DNA of 28,411 nt from NCBI GenBank assembly GCA_016839445.1, contig JAEOUG010000004.1:1-28411 (forward strand), read 5' to 3'. The DNA is from Candidatus Thorarchaeota archaeon. Lineage in GTDB: Archaea > Asgardarchaeota > Thorarchaeia > Thorarchaeales > Thorarchaeaceae. Each line of letters begins with the position of its first letter. Within the stretch, counting starts at the first letter, position 1. The notes under the pieces were generated by a model. The model was given only the letters and a program-made list of their open reading frames with translations. It was not told the DNA's origin and did no database searches. Below, piece after piece: positions 1-7,880 of this stretch. The translations under genes and the position numbers were made by a program.

Positions 1-696
1 GACTTCCGGCCTCGAGAGTATGCTCTTCAGGTCACATCCGAGATGGCGAGGATAGTGAACAGCTACCTGAATCGTCCTGGGGTATCCAAGTCTGAACGAG
101 ATGCCACAATGGCATACGTTGTGGAGAAGTGGGTGCGGATAGCTGCCCCATTGATCCCGCATGCTTGCGAGGAGATGTGGTCCATGATGGGAAAGGATGG
201 CTTTGTGACTCTGGCTGAGTGGCCAGACGTGGACACAAAACTGATTGACAAGTCCGTTGAGGCTGCCTATGAAACCGTGGAATCCACAATACGCGATGTC
301 CGGGAGATTGTGAAGCTGCTGAAGGGCAAGAAGGTGTCTGCAGTTCACGTCTATGTGGCACCCCAATGGATGTATGATGCGATGAGTTCCATCCGCCAGG
401 CCAAGTTGCCTGTCATCATCGGCGAGATCATGAAGCATCTGATGTCTAAGGAGGAATTCAGGAGTCACGGCAAAGAAGTGAAAGGAATCGTTGACCGTAT
501 TGCAAAAGAGAATGGCCTATGGGACCACTCAACTAGTGCGAAGGCGGAAATGGCTGCTCTGCGAGACTCGTCCGCTCATATGGAAGGAGAGCTGAAGCTG
601 GAGGTGACCGTGCACAGCGCAGAGAAACCGGATTATGATCCGCAGAACAAGGCCAGATTCGCCCTGCCTGGGAGGGTATCGTTGTATCTGGAGTAG
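1..696 (+). CDS. leuS: Leucyl-tRNA synthetase, archaeal type, C-terminal part (5'-truncated by the window)
   Basis: Frame is open from base 1 (DFRPREYALQVTSEMAR...). Anticodon-domain motif APLIPHACEEMW...LAEWP and the archaeal LeuRS terminal motif YDPQNKARFALPGRVSLYLE*. Confidence 0.9.
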   Translation, partial: DFRPREYALQVTSEMARIVNSYLNRPGVSKSERDATMAYVVEKWVRIAAPLIPHACEEMWSMMGKDGFVTLAEWPDVDTKLIDKSVEAAYETVESTIRDVREIVKLLKGKKVSAVHVYVAPQWMYDAMSSIRQAKLPVIIGEIMKHLMSKEEFRSHGKEVKGIVDRIAKENGLWDHSTSAKAEMAALRDSSAHMEGELKLEVTVHSAEKPDYDPQNKARFALPGRVSLYLE

Positions 697-806
697 GGCG
701 CACATGTCACTCGAAGTCGACAGGCCGTATACGTGAGCGCTACATATATCAGCAGAAAGCCACGGGATTCTAATATCTTTGAATAGTTCCAGAAGGTTAT
801 GTAGAA

Positions 807-2114
807 ATGCAGGAACTTGAGTATCTGCTAGATGTCGTACTGACTTTCGCAGTGCTCGTTCTCTACGGAACCGTTGTGTGGGCCCTCTTACGTTATGCGA
901 CGCAACCCAAACACCGATATTGGGCGATTGGCTGGGTTGTATACTCCATTGGAGCTATCTTCGGGGTCCTAGTTTCCACCAGTGGCCTTGTTCCCTCTGA
1001 CATCATCTCCCTCTCTCTGATGTTCTTCGGGTCGCGGCTCATTCTTGATGGTAGTAGATCTGCATACAGACCAATCCAGTGGATCGCGTACCCGGTTGGG
1101 TTTGTGTTCTTGCTTCTGGACCTTCTTCTGGGTCTCTATCTCTCCGTGAGCTTCTTCCTAGTATTCCTACCACTTGCCATACACGTGGCCTACGCCTGCA
1201 TCATTTCTGCCAAAGCGGTCTACGAGAGCACGCCGCAAATGAGGAGGTCGGACTGGTGGTTAGTGGGCGGCCTTCTCTTCTGGGCTTCAAGCTGGTTCGT
1301 GTTTCCATTCGGTCTATTCTTTCCCGAGTCCTTCTACTTCGACAGCATGATTCTCCAGGCTGGCGGCATCCTTGTCACTGGGTCTGCGATGCTCACCTAC
1401 TTCCTGAAGAACGTCACTGAGGACCTAGAGGTACAATATCAAGTATCACAGATCATGTCCAGCGTCGTCCAGCACGACATCCGGAACTACCTGCAGACAA
1501 TTAGAAACTCTCTCGAGCTGGCAGAAGGCGAACCTCACAAGCAAGACCACTGGGTGGAACTTGCTGGTGAGACTGTTGATCGAGCCAGCGACTTCATTGA
1601 TGACATGCGGATGATTGCGGCCAGCCTCACTCGAGAGAGGTCTCCTCGCGTTGAGGTGCCAATGAGAGAGATGATTCAGCAGGTGAAGGAACGCGTTTCA
1701 TTAGAGTACGCCCTGGGTTCCGACGATGTGTGGGTCGAGGTTCCAGACTCGGTGACAGTGACGTCATGCGGACTGCTCAGAGAACTCCTCTGGAACATCT
1801 TCGACAACGCCTTCAAGCACGGAAGCTCACGAGTAGTCGTCCGGACCATGTCCGAGGCCGGCCATGTACGAGATTTGACAATTGAGGATGATGGCGGCGG
1901 TCTTCCACCTGATGTGAAGGAATTCATGAACCGCCCGGATTCTCTGAAGCGGCCTGTGGCTCCTGGTCTTGGGCTAGGTGTTATCCTGATACGCGGCTTG
2001 GCGATGCTCTGTGGCGTTCACTTGGAAGTAACCGACTGCATAACTGGTTCCACTGTCACAGGAACCTGTTTCCACCTGGTCTTCGATACATCTGCTCGGA
2101 TACTATCTACTTGA
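807..2114 (+). CDS. Membrane-bound sensor histidine kinase (about 7 TM helices, HisKA, HATPase_c)
   Basis: Hydrophobic N-terminal ~200 aa; H-box HDIRNYL, N-box NIFDNAFKHG, G1 EDDGGG, G2 GLGLG. 3' end overlaps the hydrogenase large subunit by 8 bp (convergent). Confidence 0.88.
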   Translation: MQELEYLLDVVLTFAVLVLYGTVVWALLRYATQPKHRYWAIGWVVYSIGAIFGVLVSTSGLVPSDIISLSLMFFGSRLILDGSRSAYRPIQWIAYPVGFVFLLLDLLLGLYLSVSFFLVFLPLAIHVAYACIISAKAVYESTPQMRRSDWWLVGGLLFWASSWFVFPFGLFFPESFYFDSMILQAGGILVTGSAMLTYFLKNVTEDLEVQYQVSQIMSSVVQHDIRNYLQTIRNSLELAEGEPHKQDHWVELAGETVDRASDFIDDMRMIAASLTRERSPRVEVPMREMIQQVKERVSLEYALGSDDVWVEVPDSVTVTSCGLLRELLWNIFDNAFKHGSSRVVVRTMSEAGHVRDLTIEDDGGGLPPDVKEFMNRPDSLKRPVAPGLGLGVILIRGLAMLCGVHLEVTDCITGSTVTGTCFHLVFDTSARILST

Positions 2115-3420
2115 TCATCGGGTCAGGGAGACTGAGGCTCTCGTGAGCCTTTTGCTCGAAGATTTGCTTCGCAGCCTCTACCAGGCTTCTCTCAATGCCA
2201 GCTATGTTGTTGTTCGTGGCCACAACTAGATTGGCCTTTGTGATCATGCCATCCTCATCGGTCCAGTAGTTGTGAACAAGGGTTCCTCGTGGGGCTTCCA
2301 CACAGCCTACACCCTCTCCCCTTCTTGGTTCGACATCAGAGAGTTTCACGTCAGTACTGACGATGTCGGGATCTTTCAGCAGTCCCTCCATCTCCTCTAT
2401 CGCCTGAACGAGCTCGATGATTCTGGCCCAGTGATACGCGAATGTCGCATGAATCGGGCGGCCAAGGGCATCTCTCATCTCTTTGAGCGCCTCCTGTGCA
2501 ATAGGTGTTGCCATCTTGTCGGCAACATTCACACGGGCCAGGCTGTTGGCACGCCAGATTCCCTTTGGATACCCTACAGGCTTGTAGTAGATGTGGGTGG
2601 CGTAGCTATGCTCAGGGACATACTCGCCGTAGTACTTCTTGTAGTCCCTCGGATTGAAGTCCGCCACAATCTTCCCCTCAGGGTCCATGACGCGGAGATT
2701 GCCATCGTATATCTCGAGATTTCCCTTGTTATGCATGCCAAGATAGTAGGTGTCGACCACGGCTAGCTTTGTTATTGGATCCCAGTAGTCTTGCACCACC
2801 TTCTTGGCGAGTTCAACTGTCTGCAAGGTTCTCTCCTTAGTCTCGACAATTCGCTTAAGGAACTCGTCGCGCTTCTCCTCAGAGAAGGGGTTCAGCATGC
2901 CTCCTGGGGTGGCTGTGACTGGATGAATCGCCTTTCCTCCAACAGCAGCTGCCAAGTCTTGTCCAAACTCCATTACCTGCAGCGCCATCTTCCCCACATC
3001 AGGCAGCGCCTTGATGATTGCCACAACGTTTCTGGTTGCGGGATCAGCAAAGGGCCCTGCCAGGAAGTCAGGTGCAGCAAGGGCAAAGAAGTGCAGAGCA
3101 TGGCTGCTGTACTGCTTGGCATTTATGAGAAGACGCCTCAGCTTTGTTGCTGCAGGTGGCGGAGTCACTTTCCATGCTGCCTCCACAGCCTTGACGGCGG
3201 CCAGATGATGTGGCTCTGGGCAGATGCCACAGATACGAGGCGCGATTCTTGCGGCCTCCTCAGCAAAGCGGTTTTCCAAGAACTTCTCGAAGAACCGTGT
3301 TGATGATACGTGGAACTTGACATCCTTCACTTTGCCTGTCTTCGTAAGTTCAATCGTAAGTTCGCCATGTCCCTCAAGCCTGGTCACTGGCTCGATTCTG
3401 ATCACTCGCTCGTCAGTCAC
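2107..3420 (-). CDS. mvhA: Group 3c [NiFe]-hydrogenase large subunit, VhuA-like (lacks the C-terminal L2 motif)
   Basis: IEPVTRLEGH, L1 motif RICGICPEPH, EAPRGTLVH, ANLVVAT. Ends QIFEQK...DPMIK* with no DPCxxCxxH. GTG start overlaps the mvhG stop (GTGA). Confidence 0.92.
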   Translation of the reverse strand: MTDERVIRIEPVTRLEGHGELTIELTKTGKVKDVKFHVSSTRFFEKFLENRFAEEAARIAPRICGICPEPHHLAAVKAVEAAWKVTPPPAATKLRRLLINAKQYSSHALHFFALAAPDFLAGPFADPATRNVVAIIKALPDVGKMALQVMEFGQDLAAAVGGKAIHPVTATPGGMLNPFSEEKRDEFLKRIVETKERTLQTVELAKKVVQDYWDPITKLAVVDTYYLGMHNKGNLEIYDGNLRVMDPEGKIVADFNPRDYKKYYGEYVPEHSYATHIYYKPVGYPKGIWRANSLARVNVADKMATPIAQEALKEMRDALGRPIHATFAYHWARIIELVQAIEEMEGLLKDPDIVSTDVKLSDVEPRRGEGVGCVEAPRGTLVHNYWTDEDGMITKANLVVATNNNIAGIERSLVEAAKQIFEQKAHESLSLPDPMIK

Positions 3421-4328
3421 TTCCCACTCTTCCTCCCCTTCTGCTTAATCTTTGAGAGGTATGAGGCTCCGAAGTCTGTGAAGTAGAATGAACCTATAGG
3501 GTCCGGAAAGGCCTCTTTCAGTTCCTCCGGATCCATGTCTGCAATGGCACCCAGCGCCGAGATTATCTTCGCCCCGTGGTCCTTGATCGATGGTGGTGGA
3601 CCGAAGCACCCTTTGCAGGGAGTGTTCACAGTAGGACACTGCGCCCCGCAGAGTCCAATGGTGGCAAAGCCAAGGCAGAGATATCCTTGGTCCAGAAGAC
3701 ACCGGTCTGGGTCGATCTTTCCTTCGTGTGTGCGATGGAACTTCGTTATGCGCTTGTCCTCTCTCACCTTCGGACACTGGTCACAGACAGTCTTGTCGGG
3801 AAGGTCATAGGGACTTCCGGTTATCAGGGCGCTCAACGCCTCGAGTGTGTTGTCGCTGGTTGGAGGGCAACCTGGAACAGCGGCCTCGAAGCGCACGATG
3901 GCGGGATTGGCTTGCACAACCTCTGTGAAGCCCGGGAGATACTTGTCGGGAATGCGTGCGTCTGTTATGGTGTCTGCCTCCATGAACTTCCTGTCCAGCA
4001 GCTCCTTCAGAGACCATTGGTTACCAAGACCCTGAACTCCTCCGTACGCCGAACACGAGCCCCATGCCACGAGGATCTTGCTCTTCTCTCTCATCACCTT
4101 CAGCAGATGGACATCTTCGTTGGTTCTGCAGCTACCCTCTACCATTCCGATGTGGACTGACCCCTTAGGAAGAGCCTCTAGGTCTTTCATCTTGAAGTCT
4201 ACTACGGCAGGCCAATACACAATCTCGAGCTCGGGCAGCACGTCGAGGAGCTTGAGATGTAGGTCTACCAGTGACTGGTCGCAGCCCCAACAGGAACTGA
4301 GCTGCGCTAGCGCGATTCTCTTTGTCAT
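3417..4328 (-). CDS. mvhG: [NiFe]-hydrogenase small subunit, MvhG/VhuG
   Basis: SSCWGC, EGSC, GSCSAYGG, PGCPP, VCDQCP, CLLDQGYLCLG, CGAQCP, PCKGCFGP; lies between mvhD and mvhA. Confidence 0.92.
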   Translation of the reverse strand: MTKRIALAQLSSCWGCDQSLVDLHLKLLDVLPELEIVYWPAVVDFKMKDLEALPKGSVHIGMVEGSCRTNEDVHLLKVMREKSKILVAWGSCSAYGGVQGLGNQWSLKELLDRKFMEADTITDARIPDKYLPGFTEVVQANPAIVRFEAAVPGCPPTSDNTLEALSALITGSPYDLPDKTVCDQCPKVREDKRITKFHRTHEGKIDPDRCLLDQGYLCLGFATIGLCGAQCPTVNTPCKGCFGPPPSIKDHGAKIISALGAIADMDPEELKEAFPDPIGSFYFTDFGASYLSKIKQKGRKSGK

Positions 4329-4331
4329 GTC

Positions 4332-4805
4332 TTAGCCCCCTTTGTTCACCGGGCTCGGTCCGAGCTTCTTGATGCGTTCCACCATACTGGTCACACCTTC
4401 CGCAAAGACGTCTCCCTCTGCAGCCGATGCCCACTGAAGGTGCACACGCTCGGGCTCGAATCCAGCCTCTTCTAGAAGGCTCTTCAGAAGGACGAATCTG
4501 GACCGAAGCTTGAGATTACCGCTAGTATAATGGCAGTCTCCCGGATGGCAGCCTGAAATAAGGACTCCATCGGCTCCTTGGTATAGCGCATCCAAAATGA
4601 AGGAAATGTCTATCCGCCCCGTGCAGTTTACTCGTATGATCCGCACATTGGGCGGCATCAGCATTCGACTGGTTCCGGCCAAGTCAGCACCAGCATAAGA
4701 GCACCAATTGCAGCAGAAGGCTACTATTCGGGGCTCGAAACCCTTCTTCGACTTCTTCGCCTTTGGTTTGCCTTCACCAGTGCTCTTGGGACTGACCACG
4801 GACAT
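4332..4805 (-). CDS. mvhD: Hydrogenase delta subunit MvhD/VhuD ([2Fe-2S]), all-Cys form
   Basis: FEPRIVAFCCNWCSYAGAD, RVNCTGR, GCHPGDCHY. Start placed at ATG 4805, downstream of an AAGGAG RBS (the track start at 4823 sits on the RBS). Lys-rich N-terminal extension. Confidence 0.92.
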   Translation of the reverse strand: MSVVSPKSTGEGKPKAKKSKKGFEPRIVAFCCNWCSYAGADLAGTSRMLMPPNVRIIRVNCTGRIDISFILDALYQGADGVLISGCHPGDCHYTSGNLKLRSRFVLLKSLLEEAGFEPERVHLQWASAAEGDVFAEGVTSMVERIKKLGPSPVNKGG

Positions 4806-4848
4806 GAAATGGGTCTCCTTCACTCCCCGCCGACTCCCAGTAACGACG

Positions 4849-4856
4849 TATTAAGG
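4849..4856 (-). promoter_or_regulatory. Putative TATA box for the mvhDGA operon
   Basis: CCTTAATA on the minus strand, ~45 nt upstream of ATG 4805, followed by an AAGGAG RBS. Confidence 0.4.
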
Positions 4857-4949
4857 TTGCTGCTAATGAGGCGTGGTCTTCCACCTTTGGCAACAGTTTT
4901 ATGTCCATCAGAACCGCTACAGGAACCAACCCATTGCCCAAGGTGATAT

Positions 4950-5189
4950 GTGTTGATTATTGCCTTCATAATGGCCAAGATCGAATCCACCAAGTCCCGT
5001 ACCATTCTCGAGCAGGTTCGCGGCCTTGAAGAAGTCGAGGAGGCCTACCTAATCTACGGTGCGTACGACCTACTGATCAAGTGTGTCTTCAAGACCCCCG
5101 AGGCCATGAGTTCCTTCGTTGTGAATGAGCTCAGAAAGGTCGACGGTGTGAAGGACACCATAACCAATGTGTGTGCAACCTGCGACTAG
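4950..5189 (+). CDS. Stand-alone Lrp/AsnC ligand-binding (RAM) domain protein with C-terminal CxxC
   Basis: AFIMAK...EVEEAYLIYGAYDLLIK...ELRKVDGVKDTIT pattern, no HTH; AGGTGA RBS upstream; start GTG 4950 or TTG 4953. Confidence 0.85.
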   Translation: MLIIAFIMAKIESTKSRTILEQVRGLEEVEEAYLIYGAYDLLIKCVFKTPEAMSSFVVNELRKVDGVKDTITNVCATCD

Positions 5190-5200
5190 AGGAACGAGCT

Positions 5201-5518
5201 ATGAGTGAAGTATACAGTCGCAGAGTGTACACATTTTCTCCTCGGTTCGGTTACCAGCTCAACATGGGCGCTGCAGAGATACGCGCCGCCGTGCTGAATC
5301 TTGGTCATGAGGTCCTTGGTAGTATTTTCGACGCAGAGATAATTGACGAAAGAAAGAACCGAATCTGTGTGAGGTGCTCAGCCGCCACGGGCCAGCTCGT
5401 CTACGAGATGGACATGAAGCTCATGCTTCGGATTCTGAACTACTGTGAGAAACACAATCTAGACTTCTCTGTCGGCGACATGGAAGTCAAGACGCCGGAT
5501 ATGGAAGACTGGGAGTAA
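5201..5518 (+). CDS. Hypothetical protein, 105 aa, with a CVRC motif and acidic tail
   Basis: ATG 5201 preceded by AGAGGA, 11 bp after the Lrp/AsnC stop; fills the gap up to the convergent AOR stop. No family recognised. Confidence 0.65.
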   Translation: MSEVYSRRVYTFSPRFGYQLNMGAAEIRAAVLNLGHEVLGSIFDAEIIDERKNRICVRCSAATGQLVYEMDMKLMLRILNYCEKHNLDFSVGDMEVKTPDMEDWE

Positions 5519-5523
5519 CTGCT

Positions 5524-7392
5524 TCAGGTCTCCTCTTTGAGACCGAGACGCTCAAGGGTCTCCTTCTTGGGGAGACCGGTCTGTAGGTCCCATCCTCTCT
5601 CTCTGTAGTAATCATCAAGCATGATGTCAAGTTCGACAACCTCCCCCGCAGAGGGACCAATAGGGGCCTTCTCATGGGTGAGCCGCCGAGGCAGGCAGTC
5701 ATCCTTTCTTGTGATGCCTCTCCTCGCGTTGAACAACCTGTTCAGATTGACCACGCGTTCTCCAATCTCCTCAAGTTCCTTCCGACTGTACTCGAGGCCG
5801 TTGTGTATCTTCAGTGCTAATGCAACGTCATCGTAGAAGAACTCTGGAGGGATCTGTGTTCCGTATTTGCAGAGTCCTGCGCTCTCCACCATGACCATGA
5901 AGTCTTCACACTGTTTCACCATCAGACCCTTGTACTTCGGGCTCAGGCGTTCGGCCATCTCGGGCAAGAATTCCTCTCCGAATCGCTTCTTGATGTCCTC
6001 GTCGAATCCGACCTCATCTAGTACGGGAAACGCGTAGAGGTGGTCTGCTCCTCTCGCTGCAGTGACAGCCGCTAGCCCCATCGACTTCTGAGCCCGTGGT
6101 TCCTGTCCGGCAATCTCCTGCTTCTTCACGGTCATAACGAACTCCTCAGATCCCCTTCCAAGCTTCTGTGCGGCTCTGGCACTGCCTTCTGCAAGAAGGT
6201 CCCCGAAGCCCTCCCGCAAGGCAATCATCTCTGTGAGTCTGACGATTGTCTCATGATTACCCCAGCCTAGGTCCAAGCCCTCGGTGTCTTCTGATGTTAT
6301 CAGCCCCTCATTCCAGCATTCCATGGCCCAGGATATGGTTGCACCGAGAGAGATTGTGTCCATCCCGTACATATTGGCCAGATGGTGTCCATAGAGTACA
6401 GACTCTAGATTGTCATTGCCACATCTTGATCCCATGGATGACTGAGTCTCAAACTCCGGAGAACCTCCCTCGAAGGCATATGGCCCCTCTCTCACGGCCG
6501 TGTATCGCCCGCATCTCTGGAGACATGACCAGTCCGCCCTCGCTTTCACAAGGTACTTCTCATTGATTGCGTCTCCACTGATCTTCTCGAAGTTGTCAAA
6601 GACTCCCTGCTTCATGTTGTAGCTGGGCAGACGACCTATATGCTGCATCAGTTCAACGAGGCTTGTGGTTCCGTACTTCACTCGACCCGGAGTGAAAGGA
6701 TTCTCCATCATTCGCCTGTAGAACTCGTCCATGTGCTTCAAGTAGTTGCTCGGGTCCGCAACCTCAAGCTTCCCCGTACCCCTTACTGCAATCGCCTTGA
6801 GCTTCTTTGAACCCATGACTGCACCGAGTCCCGAGCGTGCAGAAGCCCTGTCTCGGTCATTCATCACCGCCGCGAACCTGACAAGATTCTCTCCCGCTTG
6901 CCCAATTGAGATCACTCTACAAAGATGGCCGTGGGTCTCTCTAAGAATGCTGTCAGTCTCAAAGACATCCTTGCCCCAAAGATGTTTGGCATCCCGTATC
7001 TCTATGCGCTCGTCTTCGATGCTCAGGTAGACAGGGCTCTTTGATATGCCAGTGAAGAAGACTGCATCATAGCCTGCGAGTTTAAGTTCGGGGCCCCAGA
7101 AGCCTGCTGCGTGGCTTTCTCCCCATACATCAGTCAGAGGTGAGAGCGCCGCAACTACATGGCGTGAGGCCTGGGGGAACATGGAACCAGTCAGAGTTCC
7201 AGTTGCGAATCCCAGGACATTCTCAGGTCCAAGGGGGTCTGCGTCTGCTGGTATGAGATCATAGAGTACCTTGGAGAGGTATCCTGCCCCCAGGAGATAC
7301 TTCCTGACGAGGTCCTCTTCGAGAGGTCGTTTCTCCACAGTACCCTTGCTCAAGTCAACCCATATGCTGTACCCACCAACTCCGTGAATCAC
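5524..7392 (-). CDS. aor: Aldehyde:ferredoxin oxidoreductase (AOR/WOR) family, copy 1
   Basis: SPLTDVWGESHAAG, IGQAGENLVRFA, GLGAVMGSKKLKAI, PEFET, GMDTISLG, RGADH, DDCLPRRL, YYRERGWD. Start set at GTG 7392 (GGAGGT RBS, GTGA overlap with the ferredoxin stop); the track's extra 51 aa overlap the upstream gene. Confidence 0.92.
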   Translation of the reverse strand: MIHGVGGYSIWVDLSKGTVEKRPLEEDLVRKYLLGAGYLSKVLYDLIPADADPLGPENVLGFATGTLTGSMFPQASRHVVAALSPLTDVWGESHAAGFWGPELKLAGYDAVFFTGISKSPVYLSIEDERIEIRDAKHLWGKDVFETDSILRETHGHLCRVISIGQAGENLVRFAAVMNDRDRASARSGLGAVMGSKKLKAIAVRGTGKLEVADPSNYLKHMDEFYRRMMENPFTPGRVKYGTTSLVELMQHIGRLPSYNMKQGVFDNFEKISGDAINEKYLVKARADWSCLQRCGRYTAVREGPYAFEGGSPEFETQSSMGSRCGNDNLESVLYGHHLANMYGMDTISLGATISWAMECWNEGLITSEDTEGLDLGWGNHETIVRLTEMIALREGFGDLLAEGSARAAQKLGRGSEEFVMTVKKQEIAGQEPRAQKSMGLAAVTAARGADHLYAFPVLDEVGFDEDIKKRFGEEFLPEMAERLSPKYKGLMVKQCEDFMVMVESAGLCKYGTQIPPEFFYDDVALALKIHNGLEYSRKELEEIGERVVNLNRLFNARRGITRKDDCLPRRLTHEKAPIGPSAGEVVELDIMLDDYYRERGWDLQTGLPKKETLERLGLKEET

Positions 7393-7880
7393 TCTTCCAC
7401 CTCCCTTGAGTAGAGCACGTCCGCATGCTGGTCGTAGAGTTTCCTCATCCTCTGATCCTTGTCGCGAGCTTCCAGGTCTGCATCCGAGGTCATAAAGAGG
7501 GCGTCCGCAGGGCAACGGCCCACACACTGACCGCATTGGATACACTTGATGGCCTTCCCTGTGTCAGGGTTCAGCCGGATTGCATTGTAAGGACAGGCCT
7601 CTATGCAAGCTCCTGTACCATCACACTTCTTGTTGTTGACAATCACAACTCCCTTTGACGTTCGGGAGAGCGCGTCGTTGGGACACGCCGAGATACAGGG
7701 AGCATCCGGGCAGTTGCGGCAGAACAGCGGGAAGTCCAGGGCCGGCTCTATCCTCATGACTCGGACTCGTGCTCTCTCCGGACTGATGACCTTCAGATAG
7801 TACATGCTGCAGACATTCGCGCAGATCATGCAACCACTACAGACTTCTGGGTCTCCAAAAACGAACTTGAGTTCCGCCAT
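7389..7880 (-). CDS. 4Fe-4S ferredoxin-like small subunit (DmsB/AorA type), partner of AOR copy 1
   Basis: CSGCMICANVC, CRNCPDAPCISACP, CDGTGACIEACP, CIQCGQCVGRCP. Confidence 0.9.
   Translation of the reverse strand: MAELKFVFGDPEVCSGCMICANVCSMYYLKVISPERARVRVMRIEPALDFPLFCRNCPDAPCISACPNDALSRTSKGVVIVNNKKCDGTGACIEACPYNAIRLNPDTGKAIKCIQCGQCVGRCPADALFMTSDADLEARDKDQRMRKLYDQHADVLYSREVEE

Noticed and set aside
2010-2130. Frameshifted or TGA-recoded L2 motif (VhuU) just after the large subunit; GAC CCG A TGA resembles D-P-Sec
   Set aside because: The shifted frame gives TGA-S-S-R-stop and the other frame gives ...SIRADVSKTRW... with no CxxC/UxxC or His. The region also encodes the kinase C-terminus on the + strand.
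4836-4853. CCCAGTAACGACGT resembles the M13/lacZ primer site CCCAGTCACGACGT (vector contamination)
   Set aside because: Short, mismatched, with no flanking vector sequence; it lies in a plausible native promoter.
7393-7545. N-terminal 51-aa extension of AOR copy 1 in the ORF track
   Set aside because: Overlaps the ferredoxin gene; the RBS and GTGA coupling support a start at 7392.
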